Counted from the stretch's first letter, positions 45,288-56,046 are shown. The stretch is DNA of 64,000 nucleotides from Anaerolineae bacterium (GCA_034411995.1 DAOUME010000022.1:3965-67964), one strand, 5' to 3'. Notes: generated from the sequence alone by a model not told the origin. A program made the numbers and translations.

Positions 45288-45734
45288 ATGACGTCCACAT
45301 CATCAGTAGTCGGGCGGCGCAGGACGTCCGCCGTGGAGAAGCTATCGTGGCCAGGAGGATTTGCAGTGCGAAACGATCACCGGTGGTTACCGCTGGCCCT
45401 GTTGTTCGTCATGGTGCTAGCCTGCCGATGGACAGGCGCGTCCCTCACGTTCTCGCCGCCTGAGCTTCCGGAGGCCCAGGTGGGCCGGCCGTACGAGGCG
45501 ACCATCGCCGTTTCCGGCAACCACACGCCGGTGTTCCTCATCTCCGTCGACCATGAGGAGCTTCCGCCGGGTCTGACCCTGCAGTACGAAGAGGGCGCCA
45601 GCACCGCCGACATCTCGGGAGTCCCCCAACAGGCCGGGGAGTTCCAGCTCACGGTGCGCGCCTCGTGCTACGGCACCAACGTATCGGGGCAGACCGGGGA
45701 GCGACGGTACAGGTTGCTGGTTCGAGAGGAGTGA
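45288..45734 (+). CDS. Secreted/membrane-anchored protein with Ig-like (putative cadherin-like) domain
   Basis: Hydrophobic leader WLPLALLFVMVLAC, then a beta-rich about 90-aa domain (PPGLTLQYEEGASTADISGVPQQAGEFQLTVRAS). Start uncertain. Confidence 0.45.
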   Translation: MTSTSSVVGRRRTSAVEKLSWPGGFAVRNDHRWLPLALLFVMVLACRWTGASLTFSPPELPEAQVGRPYEATIAVSGNHTPVFLISVDHEELPPGLTLQYEEGASTADISGVPQQAGEFQLTVRASCYGTNVSGQTGERRYRLLVREE

Positions 45735-45843
45735 CGTCGGGGGTGGCAGAAGGGGGGCGAAGCTGAACGAGAAATCAGAATTCGTCGCCGCGCTTGGTGA
45801 AGAGCTCGATCGTTGGGAAGGATTCCTGGCTAGCCTGAACGAA

Positions 45844-46224
45844 GTGCAGATCACCGCCCCGCTCCCGCCTTCTCACTGGTCCGTCAAAGACGTGGTGGCC
45901 CACTTCCGGGCCTGGCAGCAGGTCTCCATCGCCCGCCTGGAAGCCGCTCTGTCGAACGAAGAACCCCAGTTTCCAGAATGGATTGGCGGAGCGCATCCAG
46001 AAGCGGAGGATAATCGAGAGACGTACAACGAAAGGATCTATCGAGCGCATCGTGACCAGCCCTGGGCAGCCGTGCACCGAGCGTGGAAAGAAGGGTTCGT
46101 GCGGTGTCTGGAACTGGCAGAAACGATTCCTGAGGAGGATCTGCTGGAGAGCGGACGTTATCCCTGGCTCGAAGAATACCCTCTCTCAGCGGTTCTTCTT
46201 GGTACCTGCAATCATCATCGATAA
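45844..46224 (+). CDS. ClbS/DfsB-family (DUF1706) four-helix-bundle protein; N-terminus probably extends upstream to about 45763
   Basis: WSVKDVVAHFRAWQQVSIARLEA...ERIYRAHRDQPWAAVHRAWKEGF matches the ClbS/DfsB family. The in-frame upstream sequence (EFVAALGEELDRWEGFLASL) also matches the family but has no ATG/GTG/TTG; a CTG lies 5 nt after an AGGGGGG RBS. Confidence 0.55.
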   Translation: MQITAPLPPSHWSVKDVVAHFRAWQQVSIARLEAALSNEEPQFPEWIGGAHPEAEDNRETYNERIYRAHRDQPWAAVHRAWKEGFVRCLELAETIPEEDLLESGRYPWLEEYPLSAVLLGTCNHHR

Positions 46225-46634
46225 CATCTCGAACCTCTTCTGGTGTTGTTCGGTCAACAGCGAGCGTGAGCCTAGTCCTCCCTGCACCGGCCAGCGAAGC
46301 GCGCCGCGGAGCGCCTGGAGGCCGAGACCGAGGAACACCACCGGACTGGCGCGGTAGAATCGCCTGAGAGGCGTCCACCGACCACACCTCGCTCGCGGCT
46401 CTTGGGAGCTGTCGCTGGGTGCTGCCAGGAGGCAGCACCCCTGCTTTGCGCTGGTGGAAGTTATGTCTATGTGGCGGTACTGTGCAGCCCGATTCCGCTC
46501 AGAGATGGTTATCGAAGCCCAGAGTTCAACTTGCCTCAGTGGTTCAAGGCGAGACAATGCTCCGTGGGGTCGGCGGCCGAGACGGGAACAATCGTGTCAC
46601 GCTGGTTCGCATACAACAACCCCCCGTGGGCACA

Positions 46635-46655
46635 GGACTGAGACCCGCCCGCAAG
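46635..46655. repeat. Half-copy of GGGTCTGAGACCCGCCCGCAAG repeat (GGACTGAGACCCGCCCGCAAG)
   Basis: Identical over 18 nt to 36584..36601. Confidence 0.55.
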
Positions 46656-46831
46656 TGACCTGCCATCGGCGTCAGCCGTTTCCTCTTCGCCCAACCGCGA
46701 CAGTGGTTTGACGGAGAAGCCCTGCGGGGGCAGAATTGCGCCCGGCTTAGTCAGCGGCTGTCCGCCGTTGACTCGAGCTCGCATCCATGTACATCTTCCA
46801 TCTGCATGATGGACAACAGGAGGTTCGTGTG

Positions 46832-47734
46832 TCACACGCGATATCTCGAGCTATCAAACCGCTGGTAATCTTGTCTCTGGCCGCGGTGCTGATCGGTTGC
46901 GCGTCCGCAGCGCAGCCGCAGCCCACGCCCACTCCAGAGTCGGCGGCCCAGATCGCCAACCCCGCCTCCCAGAACTGCGTGGACCAGGGCGGCATGCTGG
47001 TCATTCAGGAACGCCCTGATGGAGGCCAGTACGGTGTGTGTGCCTTCGAGGATAACAAGCAATGCGAGGAGTGGGCCATGTTCCGCGGCGAGTGCCCGGT
47101 CGGTGGGGTCAAGGTCACCGGCTACATCACTCCCGCAGCTTTGTACTGCGCCATCACCGGAGGAGAGTATCAGGTCACGGGCAGCAGCAACACCGAAGAG
47201 GAACAGGGGACCTGCACCCTCCAGAACGGCCAGACCTGCGATGTGTGGGAGTACTACGGAGGGACGTGCAGCGGCGGCGCCGAGGCGAGCCCCTCGTCGT
47301 GGAGCGACCCCTTTGCCTATTGCGCGGCGGTGGGGACCATCGACGCCCCAGACGAGCGATACGACGGGCCCCCGATGCCGGACTCCATCGTTCAGGCCAT
47401 GATCCGCCAGGACATCGTGTCGGCCGATGCGCCGCTGGAGTTCCAGCAGCACGCCGTGTGGCGGTGTTTGGAGAACAGCGTGTGGGTCTGCCATTTTGGG
47501 GCCAACCTCCCCTGCGAGGAAAAAGCCGACACCTCCCAGGTGCCGAACGAGGGCATGGAAGAGTATTGCACGGAAAACCCCACCGCCGAGATCATTCCGG
47601 TTTTCGCCACCGGGCGAGCGACGGTGTACGAATGGGCCTGTCAGGACGGCCAACCCCAGGTGGTCAAGCAGGTCCTCACCGCTGATCCACGAGGGTACCT
47701 GGCCGAATTCTGGTACGAGCTGAGCCCGGAATGA
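46832..47734 (+). CDS. DUF333-domain lipoprotein (tandem DUF333 repeats)
   Basis: GTG start giving a lipoprotein signal (LVILSLAAVLIGC). Two repeats of the ANPASxNCxxQGG...G.C.F.D...C..W pattern are followed by a Cys-rich C-terminal domain. Confidence 0.6.
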   Translation, partial: SHAISRAIKPLVILSLAAVLIGCASAAQPQPTPTPESAAQIANPASQNCVDQGGMLVIQERPDGGQYGVCAFEDNKQCEEWAMFRGECPVGGVKVTGYITPAALYCAITGGEYQVTGSSNTEEEQGTCTLQNGQTCDVWEYYGGTCSGGAEASPSSWSDPFAYCAAVGTIDAPDERYDGPPMPDSIVQAMIRQDIVSADAPLEFQQHAVWRCLENSVWVCHFGANLPCEEKADTSQVPNEGMEEYCTENPTAEIIPVFATGRATVYEWACQDGQPQVVKQVLTADPRGYLAEFWYELSPE

Positions 47735-47835
47735 GCGTTCGAACGAGACCGCCTGTGGTGGCCCCTGGCTGATGGAGGTGAGGCCAGGGAACGAGGAGAA
47801 CGGGAGGGTCGCCCCCCCATAGAGAGGGCTTACCG

Positions 47836-48603
47836 ATGGACGAGAAGCCTCTCGTGATTGCGCGAAGGGGTGACCTGGAGAGGGCGCCCGAGAACACGCT
47901 GCCTGCTTTCGAGAGCGCCATCGCCAGAGGGGCGGACGGCGTGGAGCTGGACGTCCATCTCTCCCGGGATGGTCAACTCGTGGTCCATCACTTCTACAAC
48001 CTGGGCGCCACCGACGACGGCCAGGGCCTGGTCGGCGAGCACACGCTGGCCGAGTTGAAGGCGCTCGACTCCGGTAGCTGGTATGCCGAGCAGTTCGCCG
48101 GTGAGCCGAAGCCCACATTGAGCGAGGTCTTCGAGCTGTGTGCCGGCCGGGCCAGCCTGGAGGTCGACTTGAAGGACTCCAGCCCGGTTTTCCTGCACCT
48201 GGTCATCGAGGAAGTGGAGAGGTTCGACCTGGGGGGCGAGGTGGAGCTGACCACGGCCCACTACCCGCTCCTGACGTTGGTCAAGGAGCTCAACGGGGAG
48301 CTGCGCACCGGGACCTTCTTCTGCGAGCCTCCTGAGTGGATGCCGGTCCGTCTGGCCCAGAACCACCTTCTGGACTGGGCCGAGCTGCTGGGGATCGCCG
48401 TGGCTCACCTGGACATAGCGCTGATCACCCCCGATTTCGTGGACGAGCTGCATGACCGGGGCTTCGTCGTGCACGGCTCGAATCTCGATTCGGTAGAGCA
48501 GATCCAGCGCGGCTTGAATCTGGGGATCGATTCACTGTCGACGGGTCAGCTTGGCCTGGCCTTGCGGCTGCGAGATGAGTTCGTGGAGTCTCGTTGGAGA
48601 TAG
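47836..48603 (+). CDS. Glycerophosphodiester phosphodiesterase
   Basis: LVIARRGDLERAPENTLPAFESAIARGADGVELDVHLSRDGQLVVHH is the GDPD catalytic motif (HR..ENT...E.D). Confidence 0.8.
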   Translation: MDEKPLVIARRGDLERAPENTLPAFESAIARGADGVELDVHLSRDGQLVVHHFYNLGATDDGQGLVGEHTLAELKALDSGSWYAEQFAGEPKPTLSEVFELCAGRASLEVDLKDSSPVFLHLVIEEVERFDLGGEVELTTAHYPLLTLVKELNGELRTGTFFCEPPEWMPVRLAQNHLLDWAELLGIAVAHLDIALITPDFVDELHDRGFVVHGSNLDSVEQIQRGLNLGIDSLSTGQLGLALRLRDEFVESRWR

Positions 48604-48971
48604 TCACTGCCGCTCCAACGTCGTTCGGCAACAGGAGGCAAGAGGTTTCAGTGCGTCAAGCGACCCGTGACACGATCCTCGCCAGCACCGATCCGGCCTT
48701 CGTGCGCGGTGCTGGCGCTGCCCGACGCCGTCTTAGCCGCCAGGCCCGCAACAGATAACGTCAACGACGTGGCTCCCAAGCCCCCACACTTCAAGGCGCA
48801 CGAGCACGGCCTGCACGGGCCGGAAACTTGACCTGGACCGGCTCCTGGGGGATAGTCTACGAAACTGGTCCACCCCTTAGCTGTGGCCGCGAGGTCTGCT
48901 GAAGACGCCCCATCGGCCAGGTCAACGGAACGAGGTCCGCACAGCCGGGTCGCTCTGGCTGGGGAGGAAGA

Positions 48972-49655
48972 ATGGACCACAAGATCATCCTGCGCTACGC
49001 CGTCCGGGAAGCTATGGGGCTTTTCCTCATGGCTGTGGCCCTGTTCTGGTCAGCCGGGCGGATAGACTGGTGGCCAGCCTGGGCTCTGATCGTGCTGATG
49101 CTGGCCTGGACCACGGCCACGGCCATCGTCATCCTGCGTTTCAACCCGGACCTGCTGGCCGATCGTTTGGGACCGCGCCGGGGTGGCAAACGCTGGGACC
49201 TGGCCATCATGAGTATCATAGGCCTCACCACCCTGGTGAGACTGATCGTGGCTGGGCTGGACCAGCGGTATGGCTGGAGCAGGGGTATTCCGCCCACCGC
49301 CCAGGTCGTCGCTCTGGTCGTATCTGCCCTGGGATACGTTCTGGTGGTCTGGGCCACCGCCTCCAACGCCTTCTTTTCGCAGGTCGTCCGTATCCAATCC
49401 GAGCGCGACCACGTTGTGGTTACTGGCGGCCCGTACCGATACGTGCGTCATCCGGCCTACCTGGGCACGATACTCTACGAGCTGGCGGTGCCCATCCTGC
49501 TCGCTTCCTGGTGGGCCTTGGTCGTCGGCGGATTGAACGTCATCCTGTTCGTGCTGCGCACGGCCCTGGAGGACCGCACCTTGCAGGGAGAGTTGAGCGG
49601 CTACGACGACTATGCTCGCCAGGTGCGCTATCGTCTGCTGCCGGGCATCTGGTAG
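48972..49655 (+). CDS. Isoprenylcysteine carboxyl methyltransferase (ICMT/PEMT) family membrane protein
   Basis: Multi-TM protein with C-terminal TGGPYRYVRHPAYLG...E motif, typical of the ICMT family. Confidence 0.65.
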   Translation: MDHKIILRYAVREAMGLFLMAVALFWSAGRIDWWPAWALIVLMLAWTTATAIVILRFNPDLLADRLGPRRGGKRWDLAIMSIIGLTTLVRLIVAGLDQRYGWSRGIPPTAQVVALVVSALGYVLVVWATASNAFFSQVVRIQSERDHVVVTGGPYRYVRHPAYLGTILYELAVPILLASWWALVVGGLNVILFVLRTALEDRTLQGELSGYDDYARQVRYRLLPGIW

Positions 49656-49727
49656 CCACGCGGAGACATGTGCGCACAGTCATCGGTCAGGCACAGTCCC
49701 GAAGTATGAGATCAAAGGGAGGGAGAA

Positions 49728-50366
49728 ATGAATCTGACACTTACTCTCGCGGCACTGCTGGCTACTTTCGAGAGCTACAACCTCGCAATCTGGCCCATGC
49801 AGGTGCTGGCCTACGCGCTGGGGCTGGTGGCGCTGTTCTTCGCCATCAGACCGGGCAGGTATTCCAGTAGAATCATCAGCGGTATCCTCTGTTTCCTGTG
49901 GCTGTGGACGGCGATTGTGTTCTTCCCGTTCTACTTCGGTCCGGTCTACACCCCTGCCTACGGATTCGGCCTGTTGTTTCTCATCCAGGGCCTGGTCTTC
50001 CTGGCCAGCGTGGTCAAGCCGCGAATCTCCTTTGGCTTCCACGGGAGCGTGTACTCCATCGTGGGGCTCCTGTTCGTCGCCTATGCCATGATCGGCTATC
50101 CCGTATTCGGCTACTTCCTGGGTCACGTATTCCCACAATCACCCCCCTTCGGGCTCACTCCTTGTCCCGCTACCATCTACACCTTTGGCCTGTTCCTGCT
50201 CACCGACAAGAAGGTGCCGAGGCTGTTTCTGGTCATTCCGCTGCTCTGGGGCCTGGGCGGAATCTTGCCGGTGTCTATCGGCATCCTAGAGGATCTGGGC
50301 CTGATCACCTCCGGCGTCCTGGGCACGGCCATGATCCTGTACCGGGATAGGAAGATGCAGGCTTAG
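49728..50366 (+). CDS. Polytopic membrane protein (DUF6064-like)
   Basis: 212 aa, about 6 TM helices; no catalytic motif recognised. Confidence 0.5.
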   Translation: MNLTLTLAALLATFESYNLAIWPMQVLAYALGLVALFFAIRPGRYSSRIISGILCFLWLWTAIVFFPFYFGPVYTPAYGFGLLFLIQGLVFLASVVKPRISFGFHGSVYSIVGLLFVAYAMIGYPVFGYFLGHVFPQSPPFGLTPCPATIYTFGLFLLTDKKVPRLFLVIPLLWGLGGILPVSIGILEDLGLITSGVLGTAMILYRDRKMQA

Positions 50367-50506
50367 GAGCGCTGGGTCCCCGACCCGCTGAGCGGGAGGC
50401 GAACAAAGTAAGGCGGTGGGGAGCAACGTCCGGCGCGGGACGACAGATGAGGTCACCAACGGCTGCGGCGTCCCCGTGACCACACGTCAGGCCGCAAACG
50501 AGCCAG

Positions 50507-52334
50507 GTGGACAGTTTCCAGAGCCGTAGCGGCCAGCATGGCCCACTGCGGAAGGTAACCATGGGGCAGGCAGAAAACAGGAGAGCTGTGGCTGGTTCTG
50601 GGCGAAGAAAGGCCCTGAGGGCGTTGCTCGTGGCCGTGGCCTGCGTTGTTTTGGCCGCGATCACGACGAGCCCAGACCTGGCGCAAGAGGGCGAGATGCA
50701 ACTGCCGCCCGAATATGACTACGAGATCATATACCGTCCAGAAATCACAGGGCTCAGCGGGATCGTCGCCAGCCACGATGGCACACTGTACGCCAGACAC
50801 TTGAACTCGACCGGCGGGGTAATGGTCTCCCAGGTAGACGTGGACCTGGGAACGCTGACCACGGTGCTGGACCTGCCGCCAGAGACCTCGGTCTCCGGCA
50901 TCGTCGGCGGCCCTGAAGAGACCTTTTTCGCTTCAGTAGACGGGGAGTTCCGCCAGGTATGGCCCGATGCACTTTACGAGGTTTGGGGCGTCATTTCACC
51001 CGCCGGCTTCCCCATGTACTACACCACAGACGACCACATGCTGGGCATATCGAACGACGGGACCGCCGTCCTGGAGCTCTTCTCAGACGGCTCCTACGAC
51101 ACGCTGCTCATCGGACTGACGTCGGCCTACGACCTCGTGGCTGCTGACGACGGCACGATCTTCGTCGCGGACATGGGAGCCGGCGAGCTCGTTCGTCTCG
51201 AGACCGGCGGCACTCACAGCGTCCTGGCCACGATTGCGCAGGACAATACCGATCTGGCCTTTGACCACGGGGGGAGAGCTCTACGTCAACAACGCCAAAG
51301 ACCGTTTCTCCCAGGTCGACCTCCTCACCGGAGCGTTCACTGAGATGACCGCCCCCAATGCGGAATGTCCAGTGATCAGGAGCCCCGCCGCCGTGGCCTT
51401 CGACAGCTCCAATAGAGCCGTCTTCGGCGCCTGGGCAGAGAACCTGATCACCTGGGCTGATCTGAGCGCAGGTGACGGTGGGTTGGTCATTCACCAACAC
51501 TGGTCCAACTCGAACGCGGCGGACATCGGCCCGGACCAGGCGCTGTATCTCAGCGTGAACGGCTGTGGCAGCTCCCCGTCATCGTTAATCGAGCGCTTCA
51601 CCGCAGATGGTTCGCACGCCACATACCTCAACGGTCTGGTCGGTGGTATCCACGGCCTGGCCTTTGACTCCGCCGGGGGACTGTACGTCTCCCTGGCAAC
51701 GCAGACCGGCAGCGGGGTCTACTTCGTGGCAGCGGGGACCACTACCCTCACGCTGGTCCCCGATTCTGCCAATGCTGACATAGGCTACCTGGCCGTGGAC
51801 CCGGTAACCGGGCACGTCTTCGGCTATGGGGGCCAGGACCCGGCAGATCAGACTCGCGCTGTGCTGGTGGAGTTCTCCACGCTGGGCAAAGTCGACGAAT
51901 ACCAGGTGAAGCTGCCCATGGCAGCGATCGAGGTCCTCCTGGACTTTGCACCCGATGGCACGCTCTACGCCTTCGCCACAGAGGAAGCCCGGTTCATGAC
52001 CGGTCCCGAGGTGGAGCGCTGGATACTGCGTGTGGACCTGGCAGGAGAGACCTCGGAGCTCGTGGCCCAGGTCAATCGAGTGGGTTGTTGTCCCATGGGC
52101 AGCTTCAGCGTCGATGGCGGTGGATACGTCTGGTGGCTCCTCAACCCTGACTTCCTGCTCTATCGGATCTCTCCCAACGATAGGATGAGACTGTTTGGCG
52201 AGAACCTGCCTGTCGATGCAGGTTACGTAAATCGGAACTCCAACGGAGACGTCTTCGTCAACTCGCCTGACGGACTGTACCGGTTGTGGGTCTGGGCCGA
52301 CCACAGGGCGAGCCTGCCCCTCGCCTTGCACTAG
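50507..52334 (+). pseudogene. Secreted NHL/SMP-30-like beta-propeller protein disrupted by a +1 frameshift in a G6 homopolymer (51269-51274)
   Basis: ORF 50507..51343 ends ...TDLAFDHGG and ORF 51234..52334 continues ...GGELYVNNAKDRF. Joining across the G-run restores the NHL-like repeat DLAFDHGGELYVNN. Repeated DxxGxxYVxD motifs occur throughout. Confidence 0.6.
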
Positions 52335-52426
52335 GACGCTGCCCAACGACTTCTTGTCCCTAACGCCGGAGTCCCCATGGACACCGCCTCCTCGCCACCA
52401 TCGTGCGGCTACCCGTTTCCGTACAC

Positions 52427-52455
52427 TTGCCGCATCCCTCCACTTAGGCTATAAA
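52427..52455 (+). promoter_or_regulatory. Sigma70-like promoter (-35 TTGCCG, 17 nt, -10 TATAAA)
   Basis: TTGCCGcatccctccacttaggcTATAAAT about 50 nt upstream of the zinc-ribbon gene. Confidence 0.4.
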
Positions 52456-52505
52456 TCAAGGCGACGCGCGTTTACCTAGATCGACGTTCGTGCAAGGAGA
52501 CCCTT

Positions 52506-53033
52506 ATGCCAGAGATTCCTGACCTCTCGGAATTGTTCGCCACCCTGGGGTTGATCGGCCAGGTGCTGTTCTGGGTGATCGGCGCCTACTTCGTGGCCTT
52601 CTGGTTCAGCCTCATCGTCTGGACCTTTCGAGACGTTCGTTCCCGGTCCCGAGACCTGTTCACGCAAGCGTTGGGCACCCTGTTGGTCGTGCCCCCTCCC
52701 CCCATGGACCTCCTTGGCCTGGTACTGTACCTCATCCTCCGGCCCCGCGAGACCCTGTCCGAGGCGTACGACCGCTCCCTGGAAGAGGAGATCCTGCTCC
52801 AGGGCATCGAGGACGTGAACGTCTGCCCGGCCTGCAAGCAGCTCATCCAGCAAGACTACATCGTCTGTCCCAGTTGCTATACGCAGCTCAGAAAGCAGTG
52901 CCCCGAATGCGGGCGCCTCCTGGAGCTGGGCTGGACCGTCTGCGCCTATTGCGGCGCGAAGGTGCCCGGTCGAGCGGTCCCTGCGACCACACCTACTGAC
53001 CGGCTGCCCGAAAAGCATAGTGAGCCCGAGTGA
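52506..53033 (+). CDS. Membrane protein with C-terminal double zinc-ribbon
   Basis: TM helix (VLFWVIGAYFVAFWFSLIVWTF) then CPACKQL...CPSCYTQL...CPECGRL...CAYCG (four CxxC pairs). Confidence 0.6.
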   Translation: MPEIPDLSELFATLGLIGQVLFWVIGAYFVAFWFSLIVWTFRDVRSRSRDLFTQALGTLLVVPPPPMDLLGLVLYLILRPRETLSEAYDRSLEEEILLQGIEDVNVCPACKQLIQQDYIVCPSCYTQLRKQCPECGRLLELGWTVCAYCGAKVPGRAVPATTPTDRLPEKHSEPE

Positions 53034-54000
53034 CGTCTCCGTCATAGTCACCGTCAAGAACGAAGCCTCCACCATCCACCGGCTGCTGGACTCCCTGCGC
53101 GACCAGACTATCGCCCCTTCTGAGGTGGTGGTGGTCGACGGAGGTTCCACCGACGGGACGGTGGAACGCATAGAAAGCTACCGCCCGCGACTTCCCATCA
53201 AGCTTCTCCTGCGCGCGGGGACCAACATCTCCGAGGGGAGAAACGAGGCTATCAGGGCTGCCGGGGGCAAGATCATCGCCAGCACCGACGCCGGCGTGCG
53301 ACTGGTCCCCCACTGGCTGGAAGAGCTGACCCGCCCGCTGGAAGAGGACGTTTCCCTGGACGTGGTCAGCGGGTTCTTCCTCCCCGATCCCCAGACCGTC
53401 TTCGAGAGGGCCATGGGAGCGGCCGTGCTTCCCGTGGAAGGCGACGTGCATGCGGAGCGTTTCCTGCCCTCCAGCCGCTCCGTGGCCTTTCGCCGGGAGG
53501 CCTGGCAGGAGGTGGGCGGTTATCCTCAGTGGCTGGACTTCTGCGAGGACCTGGTCTTCGACCTGGCCCTGCTGCGTGCTGGCCGCAAATTCACCTTCGC
53601 GCCCCAGGCAGTGGCCTACTTCCGCCCCCGGGAGAGCCTGTCAGCCTTCTGGCGGCAGTACTACCGGTACGCTCGGGGAGACGGCAAGGCCGATCTGTGG
53701 CGCAAGCGCCACGCCATACGCTACCTCACCTATCTCGTCGGGGTACCCCTGGTGACTGTGGCGGGCGTGGCCTACCATCCGCTGTGCTGGATGCTGCTCC
53801 CCCTGGCTGCGGCCGTTTACCTCTGGTCCCCCTACCGGCGTCTAGGGCCGATGATCGAGGGGCTCGCGGTGGGGGAGAAGATCAAGGCCGTCCTCTGGGT
53901 GCCCATCATCCGTCTCTGGGGAGACGTGGCCAAGATGGTGGGGTATCCCGTGGGGGTGTTGTGGAGATTACGCCACCGGGACCTGGTCAGAGCCAGGTGA
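53020..54000 (+). CDS. Family 2 glycosyltransferase with C-terminal TM segments
   Basis: VSVIVTVKNEASTIHRLLDSLRDQT...VVVVDGGSTDGT and a downstream DAG (DxD-like) motif. Confidence 0.75.
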   Translation: MSPSDVSVIVTVKNEASTIHRLLDSLRDQTIAPSEVVVVDGGSTDGTVERIESYRPRLPIKLLLRAGTNISEGRNEAIRAAGGKIIASTDAGVRLVPHWLEELTRPLEEDVSLDVVSGFFLPDPQTVFERAMGAAVLPVEGDVHAERFLPSSRSVAFRREAWQEVGGYPQWLDFCEDLVFDLALLRAGRKFTFAPQAVAYFRPRESLSAFWRQYYRYARGDGKADLWRKRHAIRYLTYLVGVPLVTVAGVAYHPLCWMLLPLAAAVYLWSPYRRLGPMIEGLAVGEKIKAVLWVPIIRLWGDVAKMVGYPVGVLWRLRHRDLVRAR

Positions 54001-54275
54001 GTCTGCAGGAGAAGCCGTCGTAGCCCCCCGCCCTCTGGCACGGCAGTCGCCGTCCACCGCGCGCCAAGCCTACTCGTCACTCGCCATCTCCATGCAACCG
54101 TTGAACCACTGATTTCGACCATTTGCCGCAAAACCGTTGACCCAGCTCAAATCCTCTTCTATAATGGTCATGCAGCCGATATCTACGGCCCATTGCGAGA
54201 AGACCTCGCCGAATCGTCTCCACACGATAGCTGTGCCAGATGTAGCCCGACCGCGACACGGCGAGGAGATCCGGA

Positions 54276-55300
54276 TGGTGACTACTCGAGACGAAGTCAG
54301 GAGATTATTGATCTGGGATGCCCTGGGCGCGCTGGCGGTGGGGCTCATCGCCGGTTTTTTCAGTGGGGACTACGTCTACGCCCTCGCTATCAGCTTCGCC
54401 ATGGTCTACATGGTCGAGGTCTTCTACTTCCTGACCAAGCACCTTCTCAGACCAAGGATCGAGAGCCTCCCGCGCGTGAGGAGGGTGCTGGTGGAGATCG
54501 GTGCCTCCTTCGGGAGCCACCTGCTGGGCGGCGTCCTCGGCGCGTTGTTGGTTACCCTGCTCCTCCAGCGCTACACCCCTTTGCTGCTCGTCTATCTGGT
54601 GACCTTCTCCCTCTTCTTCCCGGCGGCTCACTCGGTGCAGTACGTCCGCATGTTCTACCGGGAGCTGAGAGAGACGGAGCTCCAGGAGGAACGGCTCAAG
54701 TCCCTGGCGGCTGAAGCCGAGCTCAAGGCGCTCAAGGCCCAGATCAACCCCCACTTTCTGTTCAACACCCTCAACACCATAGCCCACCTCATACGCACCG
54801 ATCCCTCGAGGGCTGAGAGGATGGTCGAGAGGCTGGCCGAGGTCTTTCGCTACGCACTCTTCGCCATCGAACGAGATACGGTCTCCTTGGAGGAGGAACT
54901 CGCCTTCATCGAGGATTATCTCGACCTGGAACACGAGCGCTTTGGAGACAGGCTGTCGGTGGAGGTCCGCGTGGCACCGAGCAGCCTTCGGGTCGCGGTA
55001 CCTCCCCTGATTCTCCAACCCCTCGTAGAAAACGCCCTGAAACACGGCCAGGGCCCGAAAGGAGAGGTGTTTCTGGAGCTGCAGGCCTCTCTCGACGATC
55101 AGCGCCTGACCATCGCCGTGAAGGACCAGGGTCCCGGGCTACCAGTTCAGAGGCGACAGGCACGCAGAGACGGCATCGGACTGCGAAACGTCCGGGAGCG
55201 GCTGAAAAAGACCTATGGAGAGGCATACCATCTGAGACTTGCCCCCAACGAGCCAAGGGGAGCAAAGGTCACCATCACCATTCCCCTGGAGCGAACATGA
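54276..55300 (+). CDS. LytS/YehU-family sensor histidine kinase
   Basis: N-terminal TM helices, His_kinase domain INPHFLFNTLNTIAHL, C-terminal HATPase_c (GIGLRNVRERL). The ORF was trimmed to the ATG at 54276. Confidence 0.8.
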
Positions 55301-56046
55301 AGCTGACCACCCTCATCGTTGATGACGAAGCGCCGGCCAGAGACCGGCTCCGGCACCTTCTGGCCGGCAACGAACTCGTGGACCTGGTCGGCGAGGCCAG
55401 GGACGGCGCCGAGGCGATAGAAGCCGTCGAGCGACTCTCTCCGGACCTCGTGCTGCTGGACATCCAGATGCCGGTGCTCGACGGTTTCGAGGTCATCGAA
55501 GCGCTCGACAAGCCGCCCGCCATCATCTTCGTGACCGCTTACGACGAATACGCCATCCGGGCGTTCGAGGTCAACGCACTGGACTACCTCTTGAAGCCCT
55601 TCCGGCAAGAGAGGCTGGAGAGGGCTGTAGCCAGAGCTCACGAGGAACTGACCGCGGGGCGCGAATTCGCCAGCAGAATCGGACCGCTTCTGGAGACCCT
55701 CCGTGAGGAGAAGCGCCTCCTGACTCGTGTGGCTGTACGCAAACCCGGTAGTCTCCTGGTGGTGGATGTCCGTGATATCGACTGGATGGAGGCCAGGGAA
55801 GGCGGTGTGCTCCTCCACATCGGCGCCGAGGAGCACGCCATAAGTCGCACGTTGACAGAGCTGGAGTCCCGACTAGACCCCAGCCTGTTCTTCCGCGCAC
55901 ACCGGTCGATCATCGTCAATCTCGATCGGGTCAAGGAGATCGTGCCCTGGTTCGCAGGGAGCCACCGGCTGCGCTTGACCACCGGGACGGAGGTGGATCT
56001 GAGCCGCTCCCGGGCCAGGGAACTCCGCGAGATACTGGGCCTCTAG
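55297..56046 (+). CDS. LytTR-family response regulator
   Basis: Receiver domain (LIVDDE...DLVLLDIQMP) plus C-terminal LytTR DNA-binding domain; start overlaps the kinase stop (ATGA). Confidence 0.85.
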   Translation: MKLTTLIVDDEAPARDRLRHLLAGNELVDLVGEARDGAEAIEAVERLSPDLVLLDIQMPVLDGFEVIEALDKPPAIIFVTAYDEYAIRAFEVNALDYLLKPFRQERLERAVARAHEELTAGREFASRIGPLLETLREEKRLLTRVAVRKPGSLLVVDVRDIDWMEAREGGVLLHIGAEEHAISRTLTELESRLDPSLFFRAHRSIIVNLDRVKEIVPWFAGSHRLRLTTGTEVDLSRSRARELREILGL

